64,000 bases of DNA, from positions 62,001 through 126,000 of the forward strand of contig OX597829.1 of the NCBI GenBank assembly GCA_951406725.2, read 5' to 3'. Under the pieces are notes generated by a model. The model ran no database searches. It was not told where the DNA came from and saw only the letters and a program-made list of their open reading frames with translations. The DNA is from Octopus vulgaris (Eukaryota). The translations under genes and the position numbers were made by a program. Below are positions 25,072-39,009 of the stretch, piece by piece. Each line of letters opens with the position of its first letter. The stretch's first letter is position 1.

Positions 25072-25304
25072 AGGGCGGCAAGCTGGCAGAAACGTTAGCA
25101 CGCCGGGCGAAATGCGTAGCCGTATTTCGTCTGCCGTTACGTTCTGAGTTCAAATTCCGCCGAGGTCGACTTTGCCTTTCATCCTTTCGGGGTCGATAAA
25201 TTAAGTACCAGTTATGCACTGGGGTCGATATAATCGACTTAATCCGTTTGTCTGTCCTTGTTTGTCCTCTCTATGTTTAGCCCCTTGTGGGTAGTAAAGA
25301 AGTA
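25072..25304 (+). mobile_element. SINE family B, young full-length copy with 15-bp TSD
   Basis: TSD GGTATCCGTTAAGGG at 25057-25071 and 25305-25319. The central domain GTCGACTTTGCCTTTCATCCTTTCGGGGTCGATAAA resembles the MetaSINE-type conserved domain (from recollection). Confidence 0.93.
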
Positions 25305-25962
25305 GGTATCCGTTAAGGGGAAGAGGATTGTTATGATCTCGGACATTTATATGCCATAGAAACCGTATAACTGGTTATACGTAGTTATGGCTCGCCTTGG
25401 CTTCCAGGACCATTACATGACAGTATAATTTGTGTGATAAATCTCGGGACAAAAAGGAAAAAAAAATTAACAAAGAAAAGAAAGAAAACTGAAAGATATA
25501 CGTGCCTTGTGATTCAGAATAACAAGTATCTTCTCTTATTTACCATTCTCAGCAGTTTTCATTGAACGTCTGTTTCAAAAGTTAAACGTAATAGACTTGT
25601 GTTTATTGATCTATTTATCAATCTGGATTCTCTTTTCACAAAGCTTTCTTTTTGCGTCTAGAGTATTAGCTCTCTGTCTGGGAAATATAAGATATTTATT
25701 GTGTATAATATATATTATTGACATAAATTGTTTAAGTATTATATACCATTATCTCTTATAAGGTCTTCGCATGGGTTGGCATGAAAAGCCATACTGTTTA
25801 GAACCACGTATCTAAAGTTCAATCCTACTGTGCGACACTCTTAGCAAGTGACTTCGACCATAGGCTCCAAACTTTGTCAATAAAATTGTGTAAACAGTTG
25901 AGGTGTACCCGTTCTTCCTATGTAACACCCGGTTAAATGGTAATAAAAATAAGTAAGTATTG

Positions 25963-26381
25963 GGATCTTTTCGGTTTGAACGGCAGTTTTTTCTAGCGGT
26001 GTCATATGAAATTGTCACCCATAATTATGACCCTAGTATCGATCTATTGCATTTCAATCTGTTTTAGGGTTAGGGTTAGTTAGGCTTAGGGGTGGGGTAT
26101 CTTTTTTTCTTCAGAAATGTAAATAAACCCAATCTGTTTCTTAAACGAGGGACATATTCATACGACACAGAATGTTTTCACCTCAATGGACGTCAGTGAT
26201 TGGTTGAAATTGCAGAAATTGAAGAAAATATCTTACAAATATCTTACAAACTATAGAATTTTCTCAATAAAGCCAAGAGAAAAAGATGTTTTATAAACAC
26301 ATTCTACCAGTATACGGAGTTTAAAATTTTTTAGTTACCTAGAAATTATGCTAAAAACTGGCGTTCAAACCGAAAAGATCA
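25963..26381 (-). mobile_element. MITE family T, copy 2
   Basis: Reverse complement of 43-483. TSD AAGTATTG at 25955-25962 and 26382-26389. Internal TTAGGG repeats. Confidence 0.92.
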
Positions 26382-27518
26382 AAGTATTGTTTCCAGTCCC
26401 AGAACTTATAAGTCTAATTCAGCGGTTTCCATAGTGTACAAATGACAGAGATGACAACATTTGCCCCAGGATAGGGCGCCAGTCCAATGTAGGGTTACTC
26501 ATTTACAGACGAGTTGACTGGAACTACGTGAAATGGAGGGTTTTGCTCATAAAAACAACCTACTCCTGGTCCGAGAATCGAAACCATGACAACAAAATTG
26601 TGAATGTAACACCCTAACTAATAAACCTCGTGCCTTCACTAAACGGTTGTACCTTAATACAACTCTGTATTAAGATAGCGTCTCCATTTTTTAACCTTAT
26701 TTGAAATCTTGGAACGTTACCTCTCGAAATTCCCTACAGAAATTCTGAAATTCCACTGAGGGAATTCTTCGTCATCTGTAGTCTTGAAAACGTTCTTCTT
26801 CTTTTAATTAAGCCTTATGGAAGAAAACAGAAAATTTTAAACCAGGCTACCTTCCAGGGATAAGGTTTTTTTTTTCTTTTTTTTTTTTACCTAAATTGAT
26901 TTCTCATAAACTTTGTAGAAATTTTTGTCGGAAAGACTTGTGAGATTCTAGTAAAAAGAAAACGAGCAGAAATTTCTTCGAAGAATATAGAAAAAGATTG
27001 GGGAAAGTTAGCTCACATTCCTCTACTTTATCTTTTTCTTTCCAATTTGATTTCTTGTGAGTCTTATAGAAATTTTAGCCTGAAATTATTGAATAGTTCT
27101 TGTAAGGTGCCAAGCTGTAATTTTTCAAGAAGAAAATAGAGTAAATTTGGTGCTAGTTCAGTTCGTACATTTTCTTTTTAAGAAACTAGTTTAAATTTTA
27201 TGAACTATTGTAGACATTTATATCAGGATTTGCTGCGCCAAATTTCCCAGGAATCGTTTTAACAATATTGATGACTTTCTTATAATTTGTGAAATAGAGA
27301 TAAGGTCTTTCCTTAAGAATTGTGTCTTGTGTGTGACATATTGTGCATTTTACTTTTGTTGAGTTGTTATAGATACTTGAGTGCTACCAATCATAAAGTG
27401 TTATAACTTTACACCATTGGGGATAATATCAAGAAATATGGCATGCACACAATGATTATAGTTTACTTTTGCTAAATGATGATGCGAAACCAATTTTCAA
27501 TTGATAAATATTTATTAT

Positions 27519-27751
27519 CTATTTCTTTACTACCCACAAGGGGCTAAACACAGAGGGAACAAACAAGGACAGACACACGGATTAAGTCGATTACATCGAC
27601 CCCAGTGCGTAACTGGTACTTATTTAATCGACCTCGAAAGGATGAAAGGCAAAGTCGACCTCGGCGGAATTTGAACTCAGAACGTAACGGTAGACGAAAT
27701 ACGGCTACGCATTTCGCCCGGCGTGTTAACGTTTCTGTCCGGCTCGCCGTC
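27519..27751 (-). mobile_element. SINE family B
   Basis: Full-length homology. Confidence 0.9.
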
Positions 27752-28264
27752 TTCCCAATTAATATTTATATCGGTTATCATTATACAGGGAATCGTTATA
27801 CACAAGTTCTCTTCTAAGAGTAAAACAGTGATTTCTTTTGTTTTTGCAGGCAATACAGAAGACATTTTTTGGTTCACGTATTTATTATATCAAGTTTATT
27901 GATGGGTATATTTCATAAAGTACCCTGAATATTACTTGATTGCATATGGAGACATTTATCTGTTAGTGTAGTTTACACCTGTTACTTAATTGTAAAATGC
28001 CAATGACACTTTACTACCTTTAGTATATCTTTTTGCTGTGGCTTTGTGTTTCGTGCAGTGTAGTCACGTGCCAAACATGTTGATTTGTTATTACCCACAA
28101 GGGGCCAACAAAGAGGGGGCAATACAATCTAATTTTGGGGTCAGATGAGTGAATGATTATACAAAAAAGAAGACATTAAAAATTTTACAAAAATAAGAAA
28201 ATATAATAAAATCGAATGATAAGACAGACCGGAAGACATTACGGATGGAGTGGGGGTACGGGTT

Positions 28265-28520
28265 AATTTCTGCAATTTCAACCAATCACTGACGTCTATT
28301 GAGGTAAAAAACATTCTGTGCCGTAAGAATACGTCCCTCGTTTAAGAAACAGATTGAGTTTATTTACATATGTGAAGAAAAAAAGATACCCTTCCCCCCA
28401 CCCCTAACCCTAACCCTAAAACAGATTGAAATGCAATAGATCGATACTAAGGTCATAATTATGGGTGACAATTTCATATGACACCGCTAGAAAAAACTGC
28501 CGTTCAAACCGAAAAGATCT
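28265..28520 (+). mobile_element. MITE family T, copy 3 (left part missing)
   Basis: Homologous to ~214-483; only the right TIR is present. Confidence 0.9.
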
Positions 28521-29009
28521 CTATTCCGTGGCCAGAATGAAGAAACACACGACCAACGCCAGTCCACTGGTGATAAATGTAGTGCTTTTAATCTTAGATT
28601 TAACGGGTTAAGCTGACCTGAACTTTTACAACAACAACAACAAAACTAATTAAAAAATATTGTGCAATTAAACACTAACATCGTTGTTAATACTCCACTT
28701 GAAATTGACAATAGACGAGAGACGACTAAAACAGTTGGACAACACATTGTTAAGCCTGAACAGCATTCGTCAACATTTCGCTGCAGTTAACCAATTTGAT
28801 ATTTATAAAATATAAGTCAAGATGTTGGTAATGTATGGCTTTTGGTCTCTTAAATCATTATGTTGTACTGTTGTTGTTATATTTTATAGTAGTCTATGGG
28901 TAATGTGGTGACATAAGGTAGTAGTAAAGATAGAAATGAATGCGACTCAACAGATATTATAACATCATAAGCAAGAAAAAAAAAAAACATCGGAAATGTG
29001 AAGAGAAAT

Positions 29010-29391
29010 AATGGTTTCGAATTTTATCACAAGGGCAACCATTTTAGGGCAGGTGATGAATCGATTACATCGACTCCAGTGTTCGACCCCGAAAAAAAAA
29101 TGAAAGGCAAAGTCGACCTCGGCGGAATTTGAACTCAGATCTAAGTGACGGGCGAAATATCTATTTCTTTACTACCCACAAGGGGCTAAACACAGAGGAC
29201 AAACAAGGACAGACAAACGGATTAATTCGATTATATCGACCCCAGTGCGTAACTTATACTTATTTAATTGACCCCGTAAGGATGAAAGGCAAAGTTGACC
29301 TCGGCGGAATTTGAACTCAGAACGTAACGGTAGACGAAATACGGCTACGCATTTCACCCGGCGTGCTAACGTTTCTGCCAGCTCGCCGTCT
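29010..29391 (-). mobile_element. SINE family B (29160-29391) nested in an older B-like copy
   Basis: Junction at GAAATATCTATTTC. Confidence 0.82.
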
Positions 29392-29602
29392 TAGATACGG
29401 AGAGCAATAATGGAAACACGCTACCCTCATCCCTGAAAAGTTGTCTTCGTAAATTTGTTCATACTATACTTCAATAACGAAAACGGTTTGCTTTTTCTTT
29501 ATTTTTTATTTTTCTTTTTGCTTTTCTAATCCGGACGCTATGTCACCAATTTGGGGGAACATGGTCAGTCAATTTCTTTGGCTTCAGCATTACACCGGAC
29601 CT

Positions 29603-30035
29603 GGATCTTTTCGGTTTGAACGGCAGCTTTTTAAAAATAATTTCCACGTAACTAAACACTTTTAAACTTCGTATACTGGTAGAATGTGTTTATAAAACAT
29701 CTTTTTCTCTTGGCTTTATTGAGAAAATTCTATAGTTTGTAAGATATTTGTAAGATATTTTCTTCAATTTCTGCAATTTCAACCAATCAATGACGTCTAT
29801 TGAGGTGAAAACATTCTGTGCCGTATGAATATGTCCCTCGTTTAAGAAACAGATTGGGTTTATTTACATTTCTGAAAAAAAAAAAAGATACACTTCCATC
29901 ACCCATAACCCTAACTAAGCCTAACTAACCCTAAAACAGATTGAAATGCAATAGATCGATACTAGGGTCATAATTATGGGTGACAATTTCATATGACACC
30001 GCTAGAAAAAACTACCGTTCAAACCGAAAAGATCT
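29603..30035 (+). mobile_element. MITE family T, copy 4
   Basis: Both TIRs present; degenerate TSD CCGGACCT/CCGACCCT. Inserted in a decayed SINE. Confidence 0.92.
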
Positions 30036-30044
30036 CCGACCCTT

Positions 30045-30575
30045 TATTTTATCGACCCCTGGAAGAAGAAAAGCAAAGTTGATCTCACTAGGATTTAAGC
30101 TCATGACGTAATTACCCCCTTTGGAGGTGGAAGTAATAGTGCTCTTTGGCGCTTTATAATTCTTTCCACTATAGGCACAATGTGTGAAAATTAGGAGAGG
30201 GTTAGTCGAATGCACCGAACCTAGAACCTTCATTGGTATTATATTTTAGCGATCCGGAGAGGACGAAAGCAAATAGCTCTTGGTGACATTTAAACACAGA
30301 ACATACATTCGGAAGAAATGCCGCTAGGCATTTCGTCCGTCATGCTAATGATTCTGCCAGCTCACTGCCTTTTATGCTTTATAATAGGTTCCAAATTTTG
30401 GAACCTGGCTTGCAAGTTCGTGGATGAGGGGTAAGCTGATTATATCGACACCAGCGCTCAATTCGTACTTATTTTATCGACTTCGAAAGGATGAATGGCA
30501 AAGTCAATTTCGGCGGAATTTGAAATCAGAAAGATAAAGATGGACGAAATACCGCAAAGAATTTTGCCAGCTTTC
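30045..30575 (-). mobile_element. Tandem decayed SINE B-like copies
   Basis: Recurrent ATTTTATCGAC...GGAATTTGAA...GAAATRCCGC segments. Confidence 0.6.
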
Positions 30576-31397
30576 TACCTTTTATGCTTTATAATACAAA
30601 CAAAAAAACTTACGATAGAACGAGAGTGCAATCTGCCATGAAGAAGTCCAAAGAATGGTCTTTCATCAATATAGCTATACGTGCAAACTAGAATAATGTG
30701 AAGACAGATAGCGCGAAAGTCAGGAAGTACAAAGCTCGTCAGGACATTCAGTGACTTCAGACAGGAAAACTGACCCAAATATCTATGTCATATTGAATTC
30801 TGAGGAAAGACAACAACCGAAGAACCAGGTATCGAATAACACAATATTTCTAAAGAATTGACAGAAGAAGAAAGCAAGAAACAGCTTAAAGTATAATGAT
30901 ATTGATTATTTTCTGATCCCTGAATGCTAGTTAAAAAAGAAAACTTTCGGGTCATTTTTCTTTTTCTTTTTTTTCTTCTTTTTTTTTTGTCACTGGCAGA
31001 CATGTGACTGTGTGTAATATTTGTTCCTCTCCCTGTTCTTTGTTTTACCTCCATTTCAACAACATTTTACGAGAGAAAAAAAAAAGGTAGAAAAAAAGCA
31101 GATGAAACTAATAATAATGATGATGATGATGATGATAGACGTTTTAATGACGATTTAAAAGACACAGCTATCGTTATGTGTTAACCTTTGTCTTTTTCAT
31201 ATTCGTTCGGGGACCGATTGTTGAATGGAAGTTTCGTTTTATGAGAGGTAATTTTGGAAGCACAAAAAACAGTTCAATGTACATAAAAAAACCTGAAACC
31301 CTACTTTTTTTAATGTTGTAAGGGATCACACAGCTATGCATGCCGACATTCTTTCCAAATTCTCAAAGGAATGGTAGAAAGTAAATTGAGTTGTCGT

Positions 31398-31876
31398 CGT
31401 AGTTTTCGTATACCAATTCTTCTTCTTCTTCTTCTTCTTCTTCTTCTTCTTCTTCTTCTTCTTCTTCTTCTTCTTCTTCTTCTTCTTCTTCTTCTTCTTC
31501 TTTTCCTTCTTCTTCTTCTCCTTTTCCTTCTTCTTCTTCTTCTTCTTCTTTTCTTTTCCTTCTTCTTCTTCTTCTTCTTCTTCTTCTTCTTCTTCTTCTC
31601 CTTTTCCTTCTTCTTCTTCTTCTTCTTCTTCTTCTTTTCCTTCTTCTTCTTCTCCTTTTCCTTCTTCTACTTCTTCTTCTTCCCCTTCTTCTTCTTCTTC
31701 TTCTTCTTCTTCTTCTTCTTCTTCTTCTTCTTCTTCTTTTCCTTTTGTTCTTCTTCCTTTTGTTCTTCTTCTTCTTCTTCTTCTTCTTCTTCTTTTCCTT
31801 TTGTTCTTCTTCTTTTCTTCTTTTCTTCTTCTTCTTCTTCTTCTTCTTCTTCTTTTCCTTTTCTTCTTCTTCTTCT
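31398..31876. repeat. ~480-bp (CTT)n polypyrimidine/polypurine tract
   Basis: Direct reading, with periodic TTTTCC(TTTTG) interruptions. Confidence 0.97.
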
Positions 31877-32239
31877 GGAATGTGCTTTACACACACACAC
31901 AGTCTCACACACAAAGAGGCGCATACACACTCGCATATACACACGCGCGCTTTTATACACACAACTGAAATCGAAGCTTTTTCCTCCGTCACTACTTTCG
32001 GTTTCACTGACATTAATAATGATGAAAATACAAAACTCAGAGTACTTTCTGTGGAAACGATAACTTCAAGAATGAGGACAGAATCCTTTCGCAAAACTCA
32101 TTCATCAAAATTTGTTTTTTCCTTTTATCACAGCCAGTGTCCAATGATATATGCAAAAAGAATTCTACAAAGATGTTACAAAAAAGATCGAAATAGAAAG
32201 TCAAAGATACATAAACCGAATCGTTAAATACGAGATATT

Positions 32240-32462
32240 ACTCTTTTACTCTTTTACTTGTTTCAGTCATTTGATTGCGGCCATGCTGGAGCACCGCCTT
32301 TAGTCGAAGAAATCGACCCCCAGGACATATTCTTTGTAAGCCTGGTACTAATTCTATCGGTCTCTTTTTGCCGAACCGCTAAGTTACGGGGACGTAAACA
32401 CACCAGCATCGGTTGTCAAGCTATGCTGGGAGTGGGGGGGGGGGCAAACACAGACACACAAC

Positions 32463-32514
<52 letters not shown>

Positions 32515-32780
32515 TACACACACATATATATATATACATATATACGACAGGCTTCTTTCAGTTTCCGTCTACCAAATCCACTCACAAGGTTTTGGTCAGC
32601 CCGAGGCTATAGTAGAAGACACTTGCCCAAGGTGCCACGCAGTGGGACTGAACCCGGAACCATGTGGCTTGTAGGCTTACAAAGAATGAGTGCTGGGGTC
32701 GATTTGCTCGACTACAGGCGGTGCTCCAGCATGGCCGCAGTCAAATGACTGAATCAAGTAAACGAGTAAAGAGAGAGAGT
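32240..32780. mobile_element. SINE family A (- strand, 32240-32669) fused to an inverted family A tail (+, 32672-32780)
   Basis: 32250-32345 and 32672-32772 are imperfect reverse complements. Confidence 0.85.
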
Positions 32781-33102
32781 ATGAATTTGTGTTGCCAGAT
32801 TCCTGATGTGAAACCGTGTGTTGAAACAGATATTGTTATATTTCGGGATTGTCATTTTTTTCTTTTTTTGCCAAGTAAACACACACGCTATGTATTTGTT
32901 CTTCACTCGCTTATTACTCTTCTTATTTTAACTTATGTCCAATGTCCAGAAATCTTTCATAATACATCTGTGGCCTCTTCAGCGACCCTTTCCGTCCTTG
33001 TGTATCCTCCTGCTCCACTTAGTCCATTCTGTCCTTCTGTGATGTGTATCCTTATCTGCGCATGCGATTGCATCTGTATCTGTGTGTGTGCATGTGTGTG
33101 TA

Positions 33103-33172
<70 letters not shown>

Positions 33173-33704
33173 CGTTCGTGCGTACGTGTGATTACGTGTG
33201 TCTATGTGTATATTTTGTATAGATTGTACTGTTGTCTATTGCTATTGAAGAAACCATAAGCGTATATTCAATATGGAAGACACCTTGGACTGAATTCTTA
33301 ATTTATAGAAGAAAAACGGTAACACCTTCGCATACACACAACACACATGCCCCCTATCCATCCAGTAATGTACGAATCAATGCATCTCATTAATAAATTG
33401 ATTTTCAACTACAAACTAACATTTGAAGCCCTCTATCAATATTGATTTTTAACAGGCGATCATGACTGCATATCGATTCACAGACTTTAACGTACTTATA
33501 AAATTTTTAGACGACACAAATGGGATTTGATCTCATAAATCATATAAGTGTAACCCCATGTACCTGAATACATTTGTCCAGATGTCTGTGAAATATACAT
33601 TTGTCTTCAGCACAACAGTTGTCCAACTTTATCTTTAGTAACCAAGGAACTAAACAGAAACTAACCAGACGTTGGGCAAAATGCCTTATGGTATTTAGTT
33701 ATAA

Positions 33705-34094
33705 GGGCGGCGAGCTGGCAGAAACGTTAGCACGCCGGGCGAAATGCTTAGCGGTATTTCGCCTGCTGCTACGTTCTGAGTTCAAATTCCGCTGAGGTCG
33801 ATTAAATAAGTACCAGTCACGCACTGGGGTCGATATAATCGCCTTAATCCGTTTGTCTGTCCTTGTTTCTCCCCTCTGTGTTTAGCCCCTTGTGGGTAGT
33901 AAAGAAATAGGTATTTCGTCTGCCGCTACGTTCTGAGTTCAAATTTCCGCTGAGGTCGACTTTGCCTTTGAACCTTTCGGGGTCGATTAAATAAGTACCA
34001 GTTACGCACAAGGGTCGATATAATTGACTTAATCCGTTTGTCTGTCCTTGTTTGTCCTCTCTGTTTTTAGCCCCTTGTGGGTAGTAAAGAAATA
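33705..34094 (+). mobile_element. SINE family B dimer inside one 15-bp TSD
   Basis: TSD GGTATTTAGTTATAA at 33690-33704 and 34095-34109. The second unit restarts at the internal GGTATTTCG (~33910). Confidence 0.9.
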
Positions 34095-34896
34095 GGTATT
34101 TAGTTATAACCTTTTATATTCTATGTTCACACCGCACCGAGGGTAACATTACCTTTCATTCACTTGGGGCCGGTAAAGCAAATTTCCTGTGAAATTTTGA
34201 AGAATAATTCCAATTTTCTGTTTATGGTAAAGATTATTATTACTGAGCCAGAGTGAAGGTCTTCTGATATGTTTCGGTCAAAACTGACCAGGCCATGACT
34301 AATTCAAAAGCATCATATATTCTGTTTAAGTCATTTTAAAGTCGGGTTTTGTGGTAGCATGGCCTATTCATGTAGGGAATTGTCATTGGCTGAGATATAT
34401 CCAGGTATGGACGGCTTATGAGGTATCCCGTGAAGAAAATAGAAACTAAATCTATTTTAGAACACTTTCCACCATCTTGAAAAATGTAATGACACATTCT
34501 ACATTGTATTCCTAGATACGCTATGTCTGAATAAACGATTGCATAGTGATAGTCGAAAAACTTTTGATCGTAGGAGTGTTGGCTAGGAACTGATCTGAGG
34601 CTAAATAACAACAGCAACAACAACAACAATAATGAAGGACACGTTAGTTGTGGTTCTAGATATTTTATTCTTTTAATAAAAGTTGGGTTGGTCAAAGATG
34701 GAATGTCTTTGATCATAAGTTTGCTTTATGAACACAGGCTTAGAAGTCGAAACTATGTTCTTAATACATATATAAATTTATCTAATAACGTTATCTATTC
34801 ATTCTCGATTCGATTTGTTGCATTCGAACGTTGATATTCTTATCGCTGTTGTTTTGCCTTCTGCAGGCATGAAATATTTTTGTTAGCTTCGTCGGT

Positions 34897-35078
34897 ACTC
34901 TTTTACTCTTTTACTTGCTTCAGTCATTTCAGTCATTACTATTTTACTTGTTTGCGGCCATGCTGGAGCACCGCCTTTAGTCGAACAACTCGACCCCAGG
35001 ACTTATTCTTTGGAAGCCTAGTACTTATTCTATCAGTCTCTTTTGCCGAACCGCTAAGTTACGGGGACGCTAAGTTAT
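34897..35078 (-). mobile_element. SINE family A tail
   Basis: Homology to family A. Confidence 0.85.
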
Positions 35079-35464
35079 GATGTGTCGTTGGAGGGTCATT
35101 ATGTCAGTAATAATAAACACACGCACTGGTTCAATATCTCTAAATCTCTGGCTGACTCAAGGCAGACACTGAACAGGGGAGGCGTGTCATTGAAAAGGTC
35201 GCAGGTAGTGACAAGCAAACTGTTGAATTGTTTAAACAGAACATTAAACAAACGAGCGATTAGTGTGTTGGTTAGATAATTAACGAATTGACTAACAATA
35301 AAAAAAAAGTGATACGGAGCCGGTGCGTGTGTTATTGGTGTAATGAGCGTCCCAAGAGAAGATTTTTCAACACACCAATTCACATGAAGAGTCTTGCAAA
35401 TCAAATACAAAAACGTAATACACACACATAGAATCACATGTACACACATATAGTGATATTCTTT

Positions 35465-35681
35465 TTTCTTTCTTTTATTCTTTTACTTGTTTCAGTCATT
35501 TGACTGCGGCCATGCTGGAGCACCGCCTTTAGTCGAGCAAACTGACCCCAGGACTTATTCTTTGTAAACCTAGTACTTATTCTATCGGTCTCTTTTGCCG
35601 AACCGCTAAGTGACGGGGACGTAAACACACCAACATCGGTTGTCAAACGATGTTGGGTGGAGGACAAACACAGACACACAA

Positions 35682-35760
<79 letters not shown>

Positions 35761-35932
35761 CATATATACGACTGTCTTGTTTCAGTTCCCGTCTACCAAA
35801 TCCACTCACAAGGCTTTGGTCGACCGGAGGCTATAGTAGAAGACACTTTCCCAAGGTGCCACGCAGTGGGACTGAACCCAGCACCATGTGGTTGGGAAAC
35901 AAGCTACTTATCACACAGCCACTCCTGCGCTC
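35465..35932 (-). mobile_element. SINE family A full-length
   Basis: Homology to family A. Confidence 0.9.
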
Positions 35933-36204
35933 TATGTAAATATATATTGATAATTTTGCATCAACTTCAGGTTTTCCCTTGATGTCGTTTTCAAGTAAGA
36001 CTTCGTTGAACTGACCAATAAAGCAAAACTATCAGTCATCATGAAATCAATAATATATTATCAATAAATTCTTTTCTACTTAACATATTGATTTCTAACA
36101 TCAGCAAATTCTTTGTTTAATACATGAATATGAGTGGGGGGGGGGAGTGTGACGCAGATATGTTTCTTTGCTAGAAAGACGGAAAGTGTGCATATGAAGC
36201 GCAG

Positions 36205-36444
36205 AACAAAAAAAAAAGAAGAGAAGAAAAAGAGAAGAAATTGAAGAGGGAAAGGAAGAGAAAGAAGAAGAAGAACAAGAAGAACAAGAAGAACAAGAAG
36301 AAGAAGAAGAACAACAACAACAACAACAAAAACAAGAAGAAGAAGAAGAGGAAGCAGAAGAAGAAGACGAAGAAGAAGAAGAAGAAGAAGGGGAAGAAGA
36401 AGAAGAAGGGGAAGAAGAAGAAGAAGAAGAAGAAGAAGAAGAAG

Positions 36445-36482
<38 letters not shown>

Positions 36483-36545
36483 CGACGACGACAACGACAA
36501 CAACGAAAAACAAGAAGAAGAAGGAGGAGGAGGAGGTGGAGGACG
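36205..36545. repeat. Compound (GAA)n/(AAC)n/(GGA)n trinucleotide tract
   Basis: Direct reading. Confidence 0.95.
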
Positions 36546-37017
36546 GAATCAAGAAGTCACGCTCTGCTTGTTTCGGGACAGAAACTATAACGTTAGCAAG
36601 TTAAGCAGAACAAAACGGAGAAAGATGTTGGAAAGGTAGGAGATGCCCGCTGGGAAATAAGGGTTCATTAGCTTGACCTGGCCAGATATACAAAGCCACA
36701 TTCTTTTGAGCAGACTTTTAGTCTCCATTGAAGGGATCACACCGTCTGACCACTAAACGGACCTCCCCACTGTGAAGAAGTGGAAACCCGTTATTAAGGA
36801 TACGTGTGTGTTTGTGTGTATGTATATAAATGTATATAGATACATCTAATCATACGTATACACACATAGACACGCATAACTATACATACATGTGTGTGTT
36901 TATATACATACATACACATAAGTATGTATGTATATATATATATATATATGTCAGTAAATGGTGATATATATATATATATATACATACATACATACATTAT
37001 ATATCTATATCTGTCTA

Positions 37018-37087
<70 letters not shown>

Positions 37088-37970
37088 TCCCGGGTTGATT
37101 CGGGGTTAACCACAGTAAGTAAGGTACTCAATACATAGCAGAGTAAAATTAATTTATTATATCTTCTACAGGACTAGTACTGTTTCATATATGTGTATGA
37201 ATGAAACAGTACTAGTCCTGTCTCCTTCTATATAATAAATATATATATATATATATATTTATGTATGTATGTATACACACATATATTCGTATGTATGATG
37301 CGTGTATGTACATATATTCGCTTGTTTGCATGTGTCTGTGTATGTTTGTGCAATATATGCGTGTATATATATAGGAGTATGCTTGTGAGCATGTGTGTTT
37401 GTGTGTGTGTGTGCATGCTTGGGTGAGTGTGTGCGTGCTTGTATGTGTGCTCCATATTCTTTTTTTTTTTTTTCGTTTTCGCAACTGCAACATGAAGAGC
37501 GACGACAAGTGGAGACGAAACGGGTGGAAAAAAATCTTAACTTTTTCATCTTTCTTTGTCCAACGTGCTGCCTTCTTTCCTCTTTCTCTCTCTGTCCTTC
37601 TATCGCTCTCTCTTTCCTTCTCCATCACCCCTCCCTCTCTTGTAACCTTTATCCACTTCTAATTAGAAAACTGTCTTTTGATCTACCACTTGAGAATCGT
37701 TCTTTGTGTCATTGTTACGCTCTCTCTCTCTCTCTCTCTCTCTCCCTAGCTCTCAGCCTCCTTCCCTCTCACGTACTCTCTCTCTGTCTCTATTAGTCTA
37801 TTCCTTTTGTTCACATTTTTATCTTTTTACTCGTTGAGTCTGGAAGAAGGGACAGAGCCCATGACTATTGTAGGTTCTCTGACAACTCGTAAGATTAATA
37901 CTGTTCAATGTTTTTATCAAACTTGGTCAACACCTGCAGGAAGAAATACATAAAAGTGGAGGAGATTCCA

Positions 37971-38452
37971 GAACAAACTGCCGGCATCAGTTGTTAGTTG
38001 TCGGAGCACTGCATCCTTCAAAACTTCCATGCTTCCTGAGATTCGCCAACACTACACTTGATTTTCTCCCCTCCATACACACGCAAGCATGGAACAAACT
38101 GCCGGCATCAGTTGTTAGTTGTCGGAGCACTGCATCCTTCAAAACTTCCATGCTTCCTGAGATTCGCCAACACTACACCTGATTTTCTCCCCTCCATACA
38201 CACGCAAGCATGGAACAAACTGCCGGCATCAGTCATTAGTTGTCGGAGCACAGCATCCTTCAAAACTTCCATGCTTCCTGAGATTCGCCAACACTACACC
38301 TGATTTTCTCCCCTCCATACACACGCAAGCATGTATCTGATTCATACACTGTTCGCTTTCCAGACATTTGTACATTACTGCATGTACTTTATACGCACTT
38401 TCTGACAAGTTGTGGTCCACCTGAGCACTGTATACAATAATTTCATTATTAT
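37971..38452 (+). mobile_element. CR1/L2-like LINE 3' end with a 121-bp unit triplicated
   Basis: Units start at 37971, 38092 and 38213. Each encodes (W)NKLPASVVSCRSTASFKT...HYT*, matching the WNxLP...FK C-terminal motif of CR1/L2 ORF2. A 3' UTR and (ATT)n tail follow. Confidence 0.8.
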
Positions 38453-39009
38453 TTTTTATTATTATAGAATGATATTCTGGGTGAGGGATTGAGCAAATGT
38501 TTAGAGCGGAAAAATCAAGGGCTGGATGCACCAAAGGTGATAAGAGTCGTTGTGACGGGTGCATCGGAGGGTGTTTGCATGGTGGTGGCAGCTTTTACAA
38601 GACCAGCCAGCTCCTATGACCAGAGATGGTCTATGGTAGCAATAGAAATAAATAAAAAATCCAGCCAAGAACTGCTCGTTACTGGACCAAAGGCTGAAGT
38701 TTTCCCTTAATGATTGTATACCAATCAGTAGAGCGACCCTTCTCTGGATGATTTCAACATCCATCGTGTGTATGGCCATGTAGCATTGTCCGAGACGTGT
38801 GTGTGTGTGTGTGGGGGGGTGTAGTGGTACTCCATTGTGACCCTCTCTTTACTCGTGTAAAGCAATTTTTCTCAACAATTTTTGTTAAACTCCATTGCCA
38901 TTTGATGTTTTAAAAATATCTTATTATATTTTATAATTATACTATTGCCGGATCATAGTGCTAGTGCATGCATATACAGATGTGTGCGTGCGCACATACA
39001 CGCGAGTAC

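Noticed and set aside
30712-30861. 49-codon open frame (RESQEVQSSSGHSV...) as a plus-strand exon
   Set aside because: No polypyrimidine acceptor, no start codon and no recognised homology.
37971-38333. Regular repeats as a CRISPR-like array
   Set aside because: Units are contiguous with no unique spacers, encode a LINE C-terminus, and the context is eukaryotic.
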